This document shows, in pieces, positions 47,576 to 62,363 of a stretch of 64,000 nt of DNA; position 1 is the stretch's first letter; every line of letters starts with the position of its first letter. The notes beneath the pieces are model-generated. The model was not told where the DNA came from. It searched no databases and saw nothing but the letters and a program-made list of their open reading frames with translations. Both the position numbers and the translations under genes were made by a program. This stretch comes from the human T2T-CHM13v2.0 reference genome, Homo sapiens, in assembly GCF_009914755.1 (NCBI RefSeq), contig NC_060929.1; one strand, given 5' to 3'.

Positions 47576-48384
47576 GAAGTGGTGTTTTACTTTGGGAATA
47601 TTTTCATAACTCTCCAGGAGGAGGCATTGCTTTTATTCAGTGGTTCCATCTATCTATTGCTTCACACCCATCACACAAAGAATATGCCAGTTTGAAAAAT
47701 ACAGCCTAGTTTTGTGTGTTTGGCTACTTTGGGCCACTCCCAGATTTTCCAAAGGTACACTTGCATTCACCTTTATGGTTAGAGGCACTTTCTTAGAATC
47801 TGAGTTTAAGAAACGGTATGCTATTTTAATTACAGTAAGTACTTTATCAAGGTCAGTTGTCTTAGAATGTGGATTTATATGACATAGTCTCTAATACATT
47901 CTGTTTGGCATGTATTACAGGGAAAAACCAAACAGTCCTGTTTGCAGCCAAAGATTGCAAGATGGTGGTAGGTGTGTAGTTAGAGCACGAGACTTTCTTT
48001 TGCTCACATGCATAGGTCAGTTCTCTTCTTTCCTGTCTTGTCAGTTCTCTTGGATGAGCAACTGTGTTTGGTCATGGGGGCAAGGCACTGACCTTGGAGC
48101 TCATGTGCAGGTCACTGTGGGCCATAGCAAGTCTGCCTGAACTTTTTTTTCCCCGTCTGTTGATCTGTGCATTCTTGCTTATGCTTGAGCTTTTTTTCAG
48201 TTTGTTTTTAATCTTTGCTTCCTCAAGTTAACATAAGTAGCAGGGTAGAATGATCTGCCACATGAAAGTCATTTCTGTCTCAAAGTGGTCTTGGAGAAAC
48301 CTGAAATTTTTCAGTGTCTTGTTTGGGATGAGGATTGGGATGAGCTCTCATTTGAAACACATTTATTTGCCATTTTATATTGTT

Positions 48385-48580
48385 GCAGCTCAACATATTG
48401 ACCACCTTTTGGGTAGTACCAGTTCTGTGCTTTACAAGCATGATTTCTAGCTCTCATAACAACTTTGAGGAGAAGGTATTCTCATTCTAAGGCTGAGGAA
48501 ACAGATATGTTAAGTCACTTGTCAGGAGCATCTGGGAAGTCTGTGCTGGACTTGAACACCTAGGCCTCCCAGCTCTCAAG
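48385..48580 (-). mobile_element. MIR SINE
   Basis: ctcataacaactttgagg...tgaggaaacaga...ttaagtcacttgtc. Confidence 0.55.
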
Positions 48581-50557
48581 TGGGATCATGTTGTACTTTG
48601 TTTTCCAAGTGTTGCTAGAGGCAGCTTGTCTTTTTGCACATGTGTCATTCACAGTCCTCCTTGGTCTGTGATACCATTCAAATATAGTGGCCTGACCTCT
48701 GAGCAGTGTTTCACTACTTCTGAATGTATTATGTTTTATTTTTTTCTCTTTGATAAGTAGTAATGGATGTGTAACCCATTCACGATATAGTACCTTCTTG
48801 TTCCTTGGAGCTGATACTACACTCAGTTGAGGGTGACTTTTTCTTTGTTGGACATTTACAAATAATTTCAGTCACAACATTTAGTGACATAAATACTTTG
48901 ACTTGAAACAATTACCATTTTCTCGATTTTAGTGGGAGACTGGGGCAATGTGTGTAGGACATCCTTCAGAAACAGATGAGTATAACAAGCTGTGTGAGGC
49001 AGTAGAGGTGCACACACCTCAGTTACTGGAAGGCACAACTTCGAGTTCTTGTGGATTGTGTTGGCAGCCCTGTAGATAGATTCAGCAGATGCTGTAGACA
49101 TTCTCTTACTACCGAATTATAGCTTAAAGACCTAACTCTTAGAGCAAGCCTTAAAATGTGCTTTCCCCGCTTTGTTTTAGGAAACTCTTCTGTTTGCTGA
49201 TGAGGAAAGGTTATCTTTCCAGGCAGCATCCAGGAATGGTCTTTTGAATGTCTTCATGCCTTCTTGTGACCTCATTCCTGCTGCCATCGTACTTATCCCT
49301 GCTCAGATTAACTGCCTGCGTGTTCAACTTTATTCCATAGTTGGATCTACCTGTAGCATTTGCAGCTTTCTGTGTAGACTGGGCACAAGTTAAAAGCTTA
49401 GGAAGTCTATATAACTCACCATAATTTTAGCACTTTAACTTATTAAGGTACATGTTTTGGTTATCTGATTTATAGAAGTACCATGTAAAAATCCACCTAT
49501 GCTGTACAATTGCTGAAATACTGAGTAAGCTCTGCATTTTATGACCAAGTTATAGGATGAATAATTACTCTCTGGAGTGAATGGTTCAAAATGAAATAAC
49601 TGTATGCCTTAGGTGTGACGTGACACGAGATGTATTTAAGCCCCAAAAGTATGTAATTATCACACTACTCTTGCATAGACACACAAGTACATTTTTGCTT
49701 ATGGCAAGAGTTTTATGTGCAAAAGAAAACTCACTTTCTGGTAAGCGAAGGAACAGTCCATTATTTTTGAGGGGTTCATAAGTTGTTTGGTATTAGAGGC
49801 TCCATTTCAATCCCCCTGCATTTCTTTAGGGTCTAATTTAAATTCATACATCACTTGATTCTAGAGTAAACCATTATCATACCCTGGATTTTGAATATTA
49901 AGGACAGTTGAGGGAGTTTCTCAAAGCACCATTTTATGACTTATAGTCTGCCTCTGTATTCAGTGACTTATTATATATTCCATTCTTAGACTGCATTTTG
50001 ATCATCAACTGTATTAAGGCAATATATGTTGTACTTTATTTTACTTTCTACTGAAAGTAAGAGCTATTTTGTAGTCTATTTAGATTTTTAATTTTATAAT
50101 CTGGTCTCATTTTACAGATCATGAGTAATTAAAGGTATCTCAAGCTGATTTGTCCTGTTTTTAATTCAGTATTAAAGTATTATTTTAATCACATTAAAAA
50201 TGTGACTGATATTTTTTGTTTATCACAATTCTACTAGCCCCACTGAGTAACTGCTGCTGTTGAATTAGTGATGGGGTTATATCAGTTTCCCTTGTCAAAG
50301 GACCAGATACGTCAGCTTGGGTATTTAGCTTGGTAGTTGTGACTTAGTTTTCTGTTCTCAAGCCCAGGAGATGAGAATTCCTTATTCTGGGTGCCAGTGG
50401 AGGCCTACAGTGGCTCCTGGGTGTTCCTTTGGGCTAGAGAAAGTCAAGTTGAGATGCCCCCGGCTTTCAGACTAGAAAAATAAATAGCAGTGATGGTATT
50501 GATGTAGCTAAGTGATGTAGCTTACCTGTTTACAGTGCGAATCTCTTGAGAGACTTT

Positions 50558-50560
<3 letters not shown>

Positions 50561-50610
<50 letters not shown>
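50561..50610. repeat. (AC)25 microsatellite
   Basis: Read directly. Confidence 0.95.
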
Positions 50611-50612
<2 letters not shown>

Positions 50613-50816
50613 TTAGATGGCAGGAGCCAGAATGTTAACTTAGTTTTGTAACTAAGTGTTAGAGAACAATACATTTAAAGCTTTAAACTTTTAAAAAATA
50701 TAATTTACAAGTAATTTGTAGAAAAGGATAGTAGATTGCTACCATTATGCTAAATATCAATCTGTTCAGTAAAGAGACTGGCAAATTTTAATTCATCTAT
50801 AATTTTGCTGTCTGAT

Positions 50817-51052
50817 GTGGTAGCCATGTGGCAGGCTGGAATTGAGATTACTGAAAGTGTAACACATGCACCAGAGTTTGAAGACTTAGTGCAATAAAAA
50901 GAATGTAAAACATTATGAACAATTTATTGAAATGATAATATTTGTGTTAAAAGTATTATTAGAATTAATTTAGCCTGTTTATTTTAATTTTTAAAATGTG
51001 ACTACTAGGAAATTTAAAATTACATAGTGGCTTCATTATTTTTTAATTAGTG
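50817..51052 (+). mobile_element. MER33-like hAT-Charlie element
   Basis: tttgaagacttagtgc...aaagaatgtaaaa...aatgtgactactaggaaatttaaaattacata. Confidence 0.7.
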
Positions 51053-51199
51053 CTAGTCTCTAGGCCCTTTGGTCTCATAATAAGTTCTTTCTGTTTATGT
51101 ATACAATTCAGTTATGATTTGATTACATACTTGATTTTAACTTTTTGCCAGCATAAATCTAAACACTGTAGTGATTCTTAAACCTTAGTTTCAAAACAC

Positions 51200-51376
51200 T
51201 GTGTGTGTGTGTCTGTGTGTGTGTTTCGGCAGAGATGGAGCCTTGCTCTGTTGTCCAAGCTGGAGTGCAGTGTCAGAATCATAGCTCACTGCAGCCCCGA
51301 ACTCGGGTTCAAGTGATCTTCCTGCCTCAGCCTCCCAAATAGCTGGGACTACAGGTGCACGCCACCATGCCCAGCT
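51200..51376 (-). mobile_element. Alu right arm (FRAM/AluJ) with (TG)n tail
   Basis: Single antisense arm; flanks share ttcaaa(a)cact. Confidence 0.85.
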
Positions 51377-51608
51377 TCAAACACTTTTTTTAAGTTGCCC
51401 TTCACATTATTTGAGACTGTTTTTTATCTTAAATTTTAAGGCAGAAGAACCATCTGCCAATTGATTATTTTGTAGGTTTCAGACTTCATTGGCTGAGTTA
51501 TTTACAATGAGTTAGAATTCATTTTATTTTCGTAGAAGTTCAGTGGGTTGGTTATGATATTTGGGATTTTATTTCTGGTAAAATACAATGAATGCTATTA
51601 ATGAAATT

Positions 51609-51656
51609 ATTGAAAGTAAGGGCAAAAACTGCAATTACTTTTGCACCAACCTAATA
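51609..51656. mobile_element. MADE1 (Hsmar1-derived MITE), one intact TIR
   Basis: attgaaagtaagggcaaaaactgcaattacttttgcaccaacctaaTA. Confidence 0.85.
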
Positions 51657-51769
51657 TATTTACTTTAAAAAATCATTCCTTTGGACTTGGCTGTGAAAAT
51701 TAAAAAAGAGAAAACCCTCATTCCTTAAAAACGTTGGCTTTTATAGTAATAAGCTGTCTTACAGGTTTG

Positions 51770-51985
51770 ATATATATATAATATATATAACATAATATAT
51801 AATATACATATTTTATATATATAATATATATAACATAATATATAATATATATATTATATATATATATTATATATAATATGTATAATATATATATAAATAT
51901 TTTATATATAATATAAATATATAATTGATAAATAAAAAATATATATTTTATATATAATTATGTAATATATATAATATGTATATAG
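51770..51985. repeat. AT-rich (TA)n/(TATAA)n low-complexity tract
   Basis: About 215 bp almost entirely A/T. Confidence 0.95.
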
Positions 51986-52105
51986 TGTAAAGACAGAAGA
52001 AGTATGGGTTTTCTTGAGTTTCAGTGTTTCTTGGATTTTACTATCCAGTTTATAAAAAGGAGGAGAAACAGACCAACGTAAGATGGTCAATTCTTTGTTT
52101 TTTGT

Positions 52106-52282
52106 AGTATTTTTCAAAATGTAGTCTCCGGTTCAATAGCATCATCATCACCTCTTAATTTGTTAGAGATACACATTCTTGGGCTTCACATAGACATACT
52201 GACTGGGAAACTCTGGAGATGGGGCCTAGCATCTGGGTTTTAATAAGCATTCCAGGTGATTCTGATACGCACAGAACCACTG
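52106..52282. mobile_element. MER5A hAT-Charlie element
   Basis: tagcatcatcatcacct...gaaactctggagatggggcctagcatctgggttttaataagc...ggtgattctgat...agaaccactg. Confidence 0.8.
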
Positions 52283-52289
52283 GCCTAAT

Positions 52290-52790
52290 GTAGTGGTCAG
52301 GGTCCACCCAGGAAAAGAGAAACTACCCTTAAGTTTTTGAAACAGGAATTCAGTGCAGGGTATTGGTTATTCAGGTTATGCAGCTGAAACAGCAAGGTAG
52401 ATTGAATGATGAGGGCTTTTAAAGCAGCACGAAAATAATACACAAAGATAATACAGTCACTAGGGTTAGGCTATGGGAATTTAGGAGCCAGGGTTCACCT
52501 CAGGAGACTGAAACCTCCTGGTAGGGGCAAGTAGGAGCTGGAGCCATGGAAGCAATGCAGCCATTGCTGGAAACACTACCTAAAGAAGAGATGGAAGGAG
52601 TGGGAGAAATGTTGTGAATCCTTCCTTCTCACCTTCCAGTTTTGCACCAGTGCCTCTTGTAGACTGAACCCAGAGAAAAGCCAGCTGATCTAGTAGCCTG
52701 AGAAATGGGGTCTGGCAGTGATCAGCTCACTTGAGATATAGAGCTCTCAGAGTGTATCTGTGGGTAAACACACCCAGAACTGGCTCATGT
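52290..52790. mobile_element. Ancient solo LTR (subfamily uncertain)
   Basis: Begins tgtagtggtcagggtccacccaggaaaagagaaac...tgcagggtattggtta; similar to 54925-55520. Confidence 0.55.
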
Positions 52791-54199
52791 AGTAATTACA
52801 GTTTAAAACAAAACATTCTAATATAATTAAAAAATAATCTCAGAATAGAAGACAGTCTTCTTAATGGAATAATCATAGCTTTATGAAAACTAAACCATCC
52901 TTTTATAATTTCTCTGTTGGCTAGGGAAATGTTTTCACAAGTGTCTGTAAATTTGGAAACCTTACCTTACACCTTTGAAGGATTAAAAAAAAAATTTCCT
53001 GTTTACTCCAGGACCTGTTTTAGCCCTACTCTTCCTAGTTGATGAGTTACCAAGCTGTCCTTGGTTGTTAGCGCCATCTTATGGCAGACGTGGGAAAGTT
53101 GCCTCCTCAATTTTTGACAACTTTCCTGGAACATCCCTGGATGGTTTTTCTTATCTCTCCTCTCATTTATTGCTTAAAACTAAGTTCCACCATTTTGTAT
53201 GTCTTCTTTGCCTCTAGTTATTTCCTTGCCCCCTTTACTTTTCCAGTGTTCTCTTTTTCCTGTTCTTTTTGTTTCAATTGTGATTATACATGGCTGATAA
53301 AAGTTACTACAGTGATAGCCCTGTAACAAGGAAAATGCAGCTTGTAGAATTTTAAAGTTAGAAATAATGTCTTGAACCTTTTAAGCCCTTGAAAGGATCT
53401 TGAAGATCCCCCAAAATCTGCAAAAAATCATGTATTTCCTCATTCTTTTAAGTTAATGTTTTTTTCCAGACAGTAGTATTTAACTGCTGTTATTTGAAGC
53501 AGTATTGTTTTAAAGTATTTATAAGAAATGGAAGCCTAAGAAGCTAACCACAATTTTCCCACTTGATAGGGAACTGTGTTCTGAATTCCAGTTGACTGTC
53601 TTAGAATCCAGTTATGTGTTAAATGGTCCAAAATAAAATCTAATATTTACGAATACAAATGAGTCTGGAACATATAGTCGTCTTATATTTAAAAGTTCTG
53701 TGTTTTCATTCATTAACTTTTATTCACTTTCCAAATATTAAGAAAATTGTAAATAGGTGAGGAACTGGTATGGTTTTACTTGAGAGCTTTTACCAGTACA
53801 AGGAAATGCTGCTAGTAAAAATTTGGAAATGGAGAAGGAGTTCTTTACATTTCTTGAGTTCTGGTGGAAGACCAGTGCTGTTGTTTTGGTTTAAGGTGCT
53901 GAGCCAGACGCTATAGAGCAGTGCTTCCCAGTCTCTTTTACCTCATAGCACACAGAAAATAATTTGTACTGCACTGGGGTAGGAGGTGATTTCTAATTGT
54001 AGATAAGCTGCTAACAGGCTAGTGATTGGACACTACTGGCTTTGGCTGGCTCAAGAGCTGAGGTTTTGCTGTCTGGGAACTTTAATCTCTCATATGGGGA
54101 AGCTCTGCTGTATAGAGGACATTTCAGGTGTAATGAACCTTAGTCTCATTAAGAGCGCAATACATATAACACACATAGTGGTAAATTATGATAGTGATG

Positions 54200-54825
54200 G
54201 TTTGGTGAAATGCTTAAGAAGAATAAGAGAAGTTAGCTCTCAATGAGATGGAAAGGATAAGGCTCTGCAGTGGGAGTGGATCAGAGAGGGCATTCCATCC
54301 AGATATGGAGGGACCAAAGGGGGAGTTTGGGGAATGTCAGAGATTTCTCATGTGGTTGGGGTGCAAGATTTGAGGATGCAAATAGGAGACAGGTATAGTG
54401 AGAACTACTGTTAAGAAAGAAGGCAGGGGTTCAGGAAGGCCGTATGTGGCTGAATGGACTTGTGACCTTGGGCATCACTGGTAGTTTTTATGCGGTGAAT
54501 GACGTGATCTGACCGCTCTCCTCCCCTTTAAAAAAATATTCTAGGGCACCTGTAGAATGACCTGGAAGCTGCAAGCAGAGAAATCCCTGGGGAGGGGGAG
54601 TGCCTTCATCCAAGCTAGTTAAAGGCGTACACCAGGTGAATGAAGATGGGTGGACTTGCTAAAGAGGGAACCCGCAGATTTTGCTTATGATGTGAAGAAA
54701 ACCACCTCAGATTTGGAGCCTGGGTGAGGGAAAGGATGATGGGACTGTTTTCAGAATTAGATTCTGTTTGGGAGACAAGGAACTCAATTTTGGATGTGGG
54801 TTTGATGCTTGAAGAGCAACAATTG
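54200..54825 (-). mobile_element. L2 LINE fragment
   Basis: gaatgacgtgatctga, tcagatttggagcctgggtga, gaactcaattttggatgtgggtttga. Confidence 0.55.
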
Positions 54826-54924
54826 TTAATATTGATAAAGTGCTTTCTAGGGGCCAGGTAGTGATCTAAAGTCTTTACTTTCTAAACTCATTTTATTTTC
54901 AAAACGACTGTAAGAAGTAGGTGC

Positions 54925-55520
54925 TATCAGTTAGTGTCCAGTCAGGAAAATGGAAAAAAAACAAAACAAAACACCAAAAACCTACCATTAGATAGATGTT
55001 TTCAGCAGAGAAAGATTTAATGCAGGGTATTGGTTATAGTGATGTTGAAAGGGCTGGAGGAACAAAAAGAAAAAAGTGTGTGTTGGGAGGGTAATGTTGG
55101 ACCAGAAAAGCAGAGAGAGAGAGAGAGAGAGAGAGGGAGAATGTGTAAATGAATGTTGATTGTTGAATGAGTAAAAAGGAGAAGAGGATGTTATCAAGTG
55201 TCAGGTGTCCACTGCTGCATAAAGTGCATGCCCTGCAGGTCTGCTGGAGATCTTCATTGGTTCTGCTGCTTTGGAGCCACCACAGATGATGATGGAGCCT
55301 ACAGTTATCTGTTGCTGCTGTTGGAGGTATCGCTAGAACCAGGAAACAAAAAAAGGCCCCTTTTCTTTCTCTCACCTTGCAGTCTGTTGACAGTGTTTCC
55401 CATGGGTGGAACCCAACTGGAAGCAAGTTGACAAGGGAGTTTGGAAAATATAGTTTATAGACTTCTAGCCCCTTGTAATGCGGAGAAGAATTGAGAACCA
55501 ACAGAAAAATAACTGGCAGA
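54925..55520. mobile_element. Ancient solo LTR inserted inside a MIR
   Basis: tcagttagtgtccagtcaggaaaa...tttaatgcagggtattggtta; MIR halves at ~54825-54925 and ~55530-55665. Confidence 0.55.
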
Positions 55521-56261
55521 GGAAGTAATGTTTTTAAGCTTGCTTTGCAGATGTGGAAATAGGCATGGAGAAGGTAAGTAGTTCTCCTAAGGTCACATAG
55601 CTATTATTTGGTAGAGTTGGGATGTGAATCCAGGCAGTGTGGTTTCAGAGCCTGTGCTCTTATCTCCTACTTTTTGATCTTGCCCCCACACATGATAATT
55701 GTTTGATTTGTCTCCTTACTGCTGAGCACTTCAAATGAGTGGCTGTTTCCATTGATTTTACTTATCTAGCACTTATTTTTATTTTGACTTCTGTTACTGG
55801 CTTTAGTTTTTTACCCTCACCTTTGGAATATCTCTCTTCAAGGTCACCACTGATTTTTATAGCCAATACAATGGGTTATTTAAGCTTCTGTTTCTCTTTG
55901 ATCTTTTCCTGGCTTTTGATAACAGTAGCCATTTATATGGAATTACAACTTTGACTTCTGTGATGTTGAACTTGCTTGTTTTCGCCTTGTCTCACTGAGG
56001 CACCTTGGTTTTCTTCTTTCTCTACGCATTCCTTAGACCATTGCCATCTTTTGGATTGAGTTTGAATTTAGGTGTGTTATATAAGAAGCCCCTTAATGTT
56101 AATTTTATATTTAAATCAGGACGAATAAAAAGATGAAATACATATATATTCTTGTGGTCTTTTTCCTTGTGTGTGTGTGTTTGTGGGGGAGGGGGGTAAA
56201 GTCACAGAGGAGTGGGAGTAGGTCCCAATGTGGACTTTTCCCTGGGCTGAAGGAGAGGGAC

Positions 56262-56460
56262 TTACTTTTGAATACCTACCATGTGCCAGCACTGTGCTAA
56301 GTGCTTTAAACACATTGCTTCCTTTTAATTATCCTGTGTGAGATTGGTAGTTACCTTTATTTTACAAATAAAGGTAACTGAAACTGACTTTGTGTGATGA
56401 AAAAGTAATAGAAGTGGGATTGAAACCCTCATCTAACTGCTTCTGACAGCCAGGTTCTTT
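56262..56460 (-). mobile_element. MIR SINE
   Basis: tacctaccatgtgccagcactgtgctaagtgcttta...attttacaaataaagg. Confidence 0.7.
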
Positions 56461-57284
56461 CCTCTGGATCACCTGGAAAAATCTCCAGTTTCTTATCTGT
56501 TAAATGAGGAAACTTGGCAAGATAATTTTTAAGGCCCGTTTTTCAGTATCATCCTCCTGATTCTGTAACATACTAATTGTCCTGAGCAGTAGTTACCTCT
56601 TTTCTAAGTAAATATTGAAAAAGAAAGTTAGCATCCCACTACAGAAATGTGCTGTATTATTAAGACCAAGAGTACTGACAGGTTATTTGTAAGAAGTTAT
56701 GAACTAGACAAAGACATTTAAAGTAGTCATGATACTGGATTTTCATGTTTGTTTCCAGGGAACCCCCCTTACCTCCAACTGAGGCTGCTGCCCAGAAGAT
56801 TAGAAGCTGTGGCTTGTAACGACAGGGGCTCAGGATAAAGCCTTGGGACAACTCCAGTCTAAACAAAAGGCAACCCTGTTATTCTATTATACTTTATGTT
56901 GAAAGCATTTGCTCCCAGGTTATTAACTATTATCCTTTCCTCACAGGAAATTTAGTGTGAAATTTGCAAGAAGATCGTGGAAAATATACTTTAAGGACAA
57001 GATTCACTGTGGTGCAGTTTGGCACCTTTAGAACGCTAACAGACAAACCTAAAATGATTAACCATTATGTGAGTCTCCCACATGTTTTCACATATGGAAA
57101 TAGGTGGTTTAAATGGATACCAACATCCTCTCTTGGTATACAGTACTTACCATAAAATATCAAGCGAGTATTCTTAGATATGTATCAGCAAAGTAAGTAA
57201 ATTTCCAGGCTCTGTAGCATCTTTTACTGTCTTTACTTTATAAACATTCTCCAACCCTTCCTCATTCATGCCTTATTTTTTTAA

Positions 57285-57611
<327 letters not shown>

Positions 57612-58931
57612 TTTAACTTTTAGTTTTACAGGTTTTCCCTGCAGTAGAAGAAGCTTGCACAGGGAGCCTCAGCTCATGATTTTCCTCCCACCTCTCTGGC
57701 CACTCCTTCATTGAGTTTTGGTGCTTCATCCTCTATCTGCCCTCTAAATGTTGGTGTCCCTATCGTCTAAGGCTGGGCACTTTTCTCCTACCTGATGCCC
57801 TTTTCTTAGATTATGCCAATTATCCCAAAGCTTTCTGTGCCATCAAGTGATGACTGCAGTTTTTATTTCCAGGTCTGACTGCTCTCCTGATTGCTTGCTT
57901 ATCTTTTATATCTGTTTAGGTCTGGCAGGCATTTCAAGCCATTTTTAGACTGCTACCCCTGTAAAGTAAGAAAATTTACATCACAACCCAGTACACACAT
58001 ACGTTACTATAAATAACAGAAACAGATTTTCACAAGACAAGACTTATCCCTAAAACATGCCATGCTTGCTGATGTTCTCAATAATACTGTCTCATTTCCA
58101 TTAAAAAATGCTTTCTGTGACACACAGCATTGGCCTATGACCTCTTAGTGGTTCAGGAACCCACTATTTGAAAAACACTGTTCTTGAGCCACTGTAGATG
58201 TTTTTAGAGATGTTGTAGGGAGCCAGCTTACATATTGGAGACTGTGCCCTCCTTTCCCCACCCCACAGGGGGCACTGCCTGCAAGGAAGGTGTTTGATCT
58301 GAACCCTCTGAGGCCAATCAAATGGAAAAGGTTTAGTACAGGCTAACAGCACCAGTTTACAAGGCTATCCATACAAGAATGATTACATCAACTCGTGGAA
58401 AGTGTCATCATGGAATCAGAGTAACCTCTTGGTTATTTGAAATTGTTTGTTATATAGAATTGGTAAGAATACCCTGTAATCTAGTGACATATAGAACCAG
58501 TTTTGAATAGTAACAGAACTGCCTATAAGATTTTATAGTACTTACCTTGCACACTTCTGCTGAGTTCACAAAAGGCTGACTAAACCCTTGTTCTCGGCAA
58601 TCTCATCTCTGATCCCAAAGTGTTCTCATACTTATTTTAGACTCAACATATTTTCTAATGAAGCTTCTGGAAATAGCTGGTATCATATTACGGAAACTTA
58701 TTATTGGCACAGTGCCTTAATGATTAGTTGGCTTGGGGGGTGGGGAGAGACCCTAGCTATCAAGGATGGACGTAAAAATACTTTGCTAATATGAGCACTG
58801 CTGAGGTTTAAGTCATTCCTGAGGTAAGCTAAAATATGTTTAAAGGTTATTAAAAAGGCACACAGTTTCTCATTTAACATTTTGGTATTAACTTTAGAGG
58901 CCAAGAGTTTTAAGTAGTCTCTGTAGGATAG

Positions 58932-59369
<438 letters not shown>

Positions 59370-59450
59370 TAGATTCAAAAGTAACATAATTCTAAAATTG
59401 TAGTTGGTAGGTTTTTTGCATATACATGCTTGAATTAGGGCAGCTTAGTA

Positions 59451-60141
59451 TCAAGGATCAGAAAATTATGGCCCACAGGCCAAATCTGGCCTGCCACCTG
59501 TTTTTGTGTAGCCTGCAAACTAAGAATGTTTTTTATTTTTATTTTTTAGTGGTTGGAAAAAAAAATCAAAAGAATAATATTTTGTGATGTGAAAATTATA
59601 TGAAATTCAAATTTCAGAGTCTATAAATAAAGCCTTATTGTAACACATCTATACTCATTAGTTTATGTCTTAGTCCTTTGGGGCTACTGTAGCAAGATAC
59701 CATAAACTGGATGGCTTATAAACAACAGAAATTTAGTTTCCTATAGTTCTGGAGGCTGGGAAACCCAAGATCAAGGTGCTGGCAAATTCAGTGTCTGGTG
59801 TGGGCCCTATTCCTGGTTCGTAGATGACACCTTCTTGTTCTGACCTCACATGATGGGAAGAATGAGGGGGTCATGCATGCCTCTTGTTTAAGGACACTAA
59901 TCCCATTCATGAGGGTTCTGCCCTCATGACCTAATCGTCCCTCAGAGGTTCTACCACCTAACACCATCACATTGGTAAATTTGGGGGGACAAAAACATTC
60001 AGACCATAGCATTTAATGTATTGTCAATGACTAATTTCATGGTCTAATGGCAGAGTTGAGTAGTTATGACAGAAACTTTGGCCTTCAAAGCCTAAGATAT
60101 TTACTATCTGGCTCTTTACAGAAAAAGTTTGCTGACCCCTG
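59451..60141. mobile_element. MER58B hAT-Charlie element split by an MLT1 LTR
   Basis: ggcccacaggccaaatctggcctgccacctgtttttg ... tatttactatctggctctttacagaaaaagtttgctgacccctg. Confidence 0.8.
59666..60011 (-). mobile_element. MLT1A-like MaLR solo LTR
   Basis: tgtcttagtc...ataccataaactggatggcttataaacaacagaaattt...ttctggaggctgggaa...aacattcagaccatagca. Confidence 0.85.
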
Positions 60142-60180
60142 CCCTATTATGGTTCATAGCCTTTTTGAAATGTGACACAT

Positions 60181-60501
<321 letters not shown>

Positions 60502-61040
60502 TCAGCTTCTTGGATAGGGAATGGCTGACACCTTGAATTTTGAAAAATGTTTGGGAATGGCAGTTTCTATGGTGTGACACAGAAATATAGCAGTCCTTGA
60601 TATAGTTGCTGTAATAAGAATGGAACATTCTAAACTTTGTTTCCGATTTGACAGCTCTTTTATTTTTGAGGTATCTCAGATATATTTTGTATGATCCTTC
60701 CATTTCACCCTCCCTTGTGTGCTTTTATTTTAATCCATTGAAGACTTTGTCTCACAGTAAACAGTGTGATTATGTTCTCTTCTACCACTTAGCGGTTTTC
60801 AGTACTTAGGTTTGTCTAATGGGCTCATCACTGAAAGATGGAGTCAATTCCCTTTGCTGACTTACTAGAGAGTGTGTGCAAATAGCATTAGGTTGGCATA
60901 GTGTACTGAAAAGTTCTGTCAGACCACCATATTTGGCAGTAAGTTTGGTAAATGTGTCTAAAATGGGCACATCTGCCCAATACCTTAGTTCCTCTTCTGT
61001 AAAGCACCTTAAACCTCCAAATGTATCGTCTATCAGGTGT

Positions 61041-61312
61041 CTTTTTTTTTAAGATGGTCTCATTCTGTCACCCAGGCTGGCAGTGATTTTGGCTCACTGC
61101 AACCTCCACCTCCCAGGCTCAAGTGATCCTCCCACCAGTAGCTGGGACTACAGGCGCCGGGCACCATGCCTAGCTAATTTTTGTATTTTTAATGGAGAGT
61201 GGGTTTCACCATGTTGCCCAGTCTGGTTTTGAACTCCTGGGCTCTCAGCGATCTGCCCGCCTTGGCCTCTCAAAGTGCTGGGATTACAAGCGTGAACCAC
61301 CACACCCAGCCT
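61041..61312 (-). mobile_element. Alu (AluJ-like), antisense
   Basis: Dimer with small deletions. Confidence 0.9.
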
Positions 61313-61767
61313 AAGTGTCATTTTTAATTTCTTTTAACTCTTAGCCAGAAAAGGTTGCATATGTTTTTATGCATTTTTTGAGCAATCTAATATACCAACC
61401 TGTACCCACTTTGCCTCTCTTTGTCCTGTATATTTGATTGGATGGGATAGTGGCCGTGCCACGTTTTAGTGTGCTCCAGCAAGACCAAGTTTATGTGTAG
61501 GTCTGAAATGTGTGGTATCCTCAGCATTCTTCAAACCTCACAAAGAAGGTGAATAAGCAACTCAAACTCTAAAAAGACAAAACTAGATGTTACAATGTCC
61601 ACACACTGAAGTTTTTCTCTTAGCTAATTGGAAAGACCCAGAATCTTCTCTTAGAATTTGATATTCCTACTTAGAAATTGTTTTAGAAAGTTTAGCCTTC
61701 TAGTTTGTAGTGTATTTAGCTTTCTAGTTTAGCTTTCTAGTTGATAATGTATTTGAAAGAGGCACAT

Positions 61768-62061
61768 GCTGGGTGTGGTGGCTCATGCCTGTAATCTCAG
61801 CACTTTGGAGGCTGAGGCGGCAGATGGCTTGAGCCAGGAGCTTGAGACTAGCTTGAGCAACATGGTGAAACCCCATCTCCACAAAAATACAAAAATTAAC
61901 CAGACGTGATGGCGCACACCTGTAGTCCCAGCTACTTGGGGGGCTGAGGTGAGAGTATTGCTGGAACCCAGGAGGTCGAGGCTGCATGAGCCATAATCTT
62001 GCCACTGTACTCCAGCTTGGGTGACAGAGCGATCTGCTGTCTCAAAAAAAAAAAAAAAAAA
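61768..62061 (+). mobile_element. Alu (AluJ-like)
   Basis: Dimer; TSD-like a(a/g)aggcaca. Confidence 0.9.
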
Positions 62062-62363
62062 GGCACAGAAGGCAATGCCTTATATACAGGCACATCCCCA
62101 GACAGTGTCAGCTTGATTAAGTGATAGCATGAGGAAGTAAAACCTTTAAAAAGAAAGAAGACTTAAGAATTCAACAAGAGCAGTTTGAGGCCATTTGGTG
62201 TGGAGCCATAGCCCCAGACACCTCACCATCCCCTGAGGATTCACTGTGTTACAGCTGAGAGTTTTGATCCCTAAGCGTGAGCCAGTCACTGTTTTCTAGG
62301 CATTACGTTTTCTCTTCATAACAATTCTGCAGTGTAGAAATGCTTACATCAGGCCTTAAGTGC

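Noticed and set aside
50638-50657. 8-bp hairpin acttagtt-ttgt-aactaagt
   Set aside because: Expected by chance in 64 kb of AT-rich DNA.
52290-55520. Two similar LTR-like elements as the ends of one provirus
   Set aside because: The second lies inside a MIR, the spacer holds L2 and unique DNA with no gag/pol remnants, and the copies are highly diverged; independent solo LTRs fit better.
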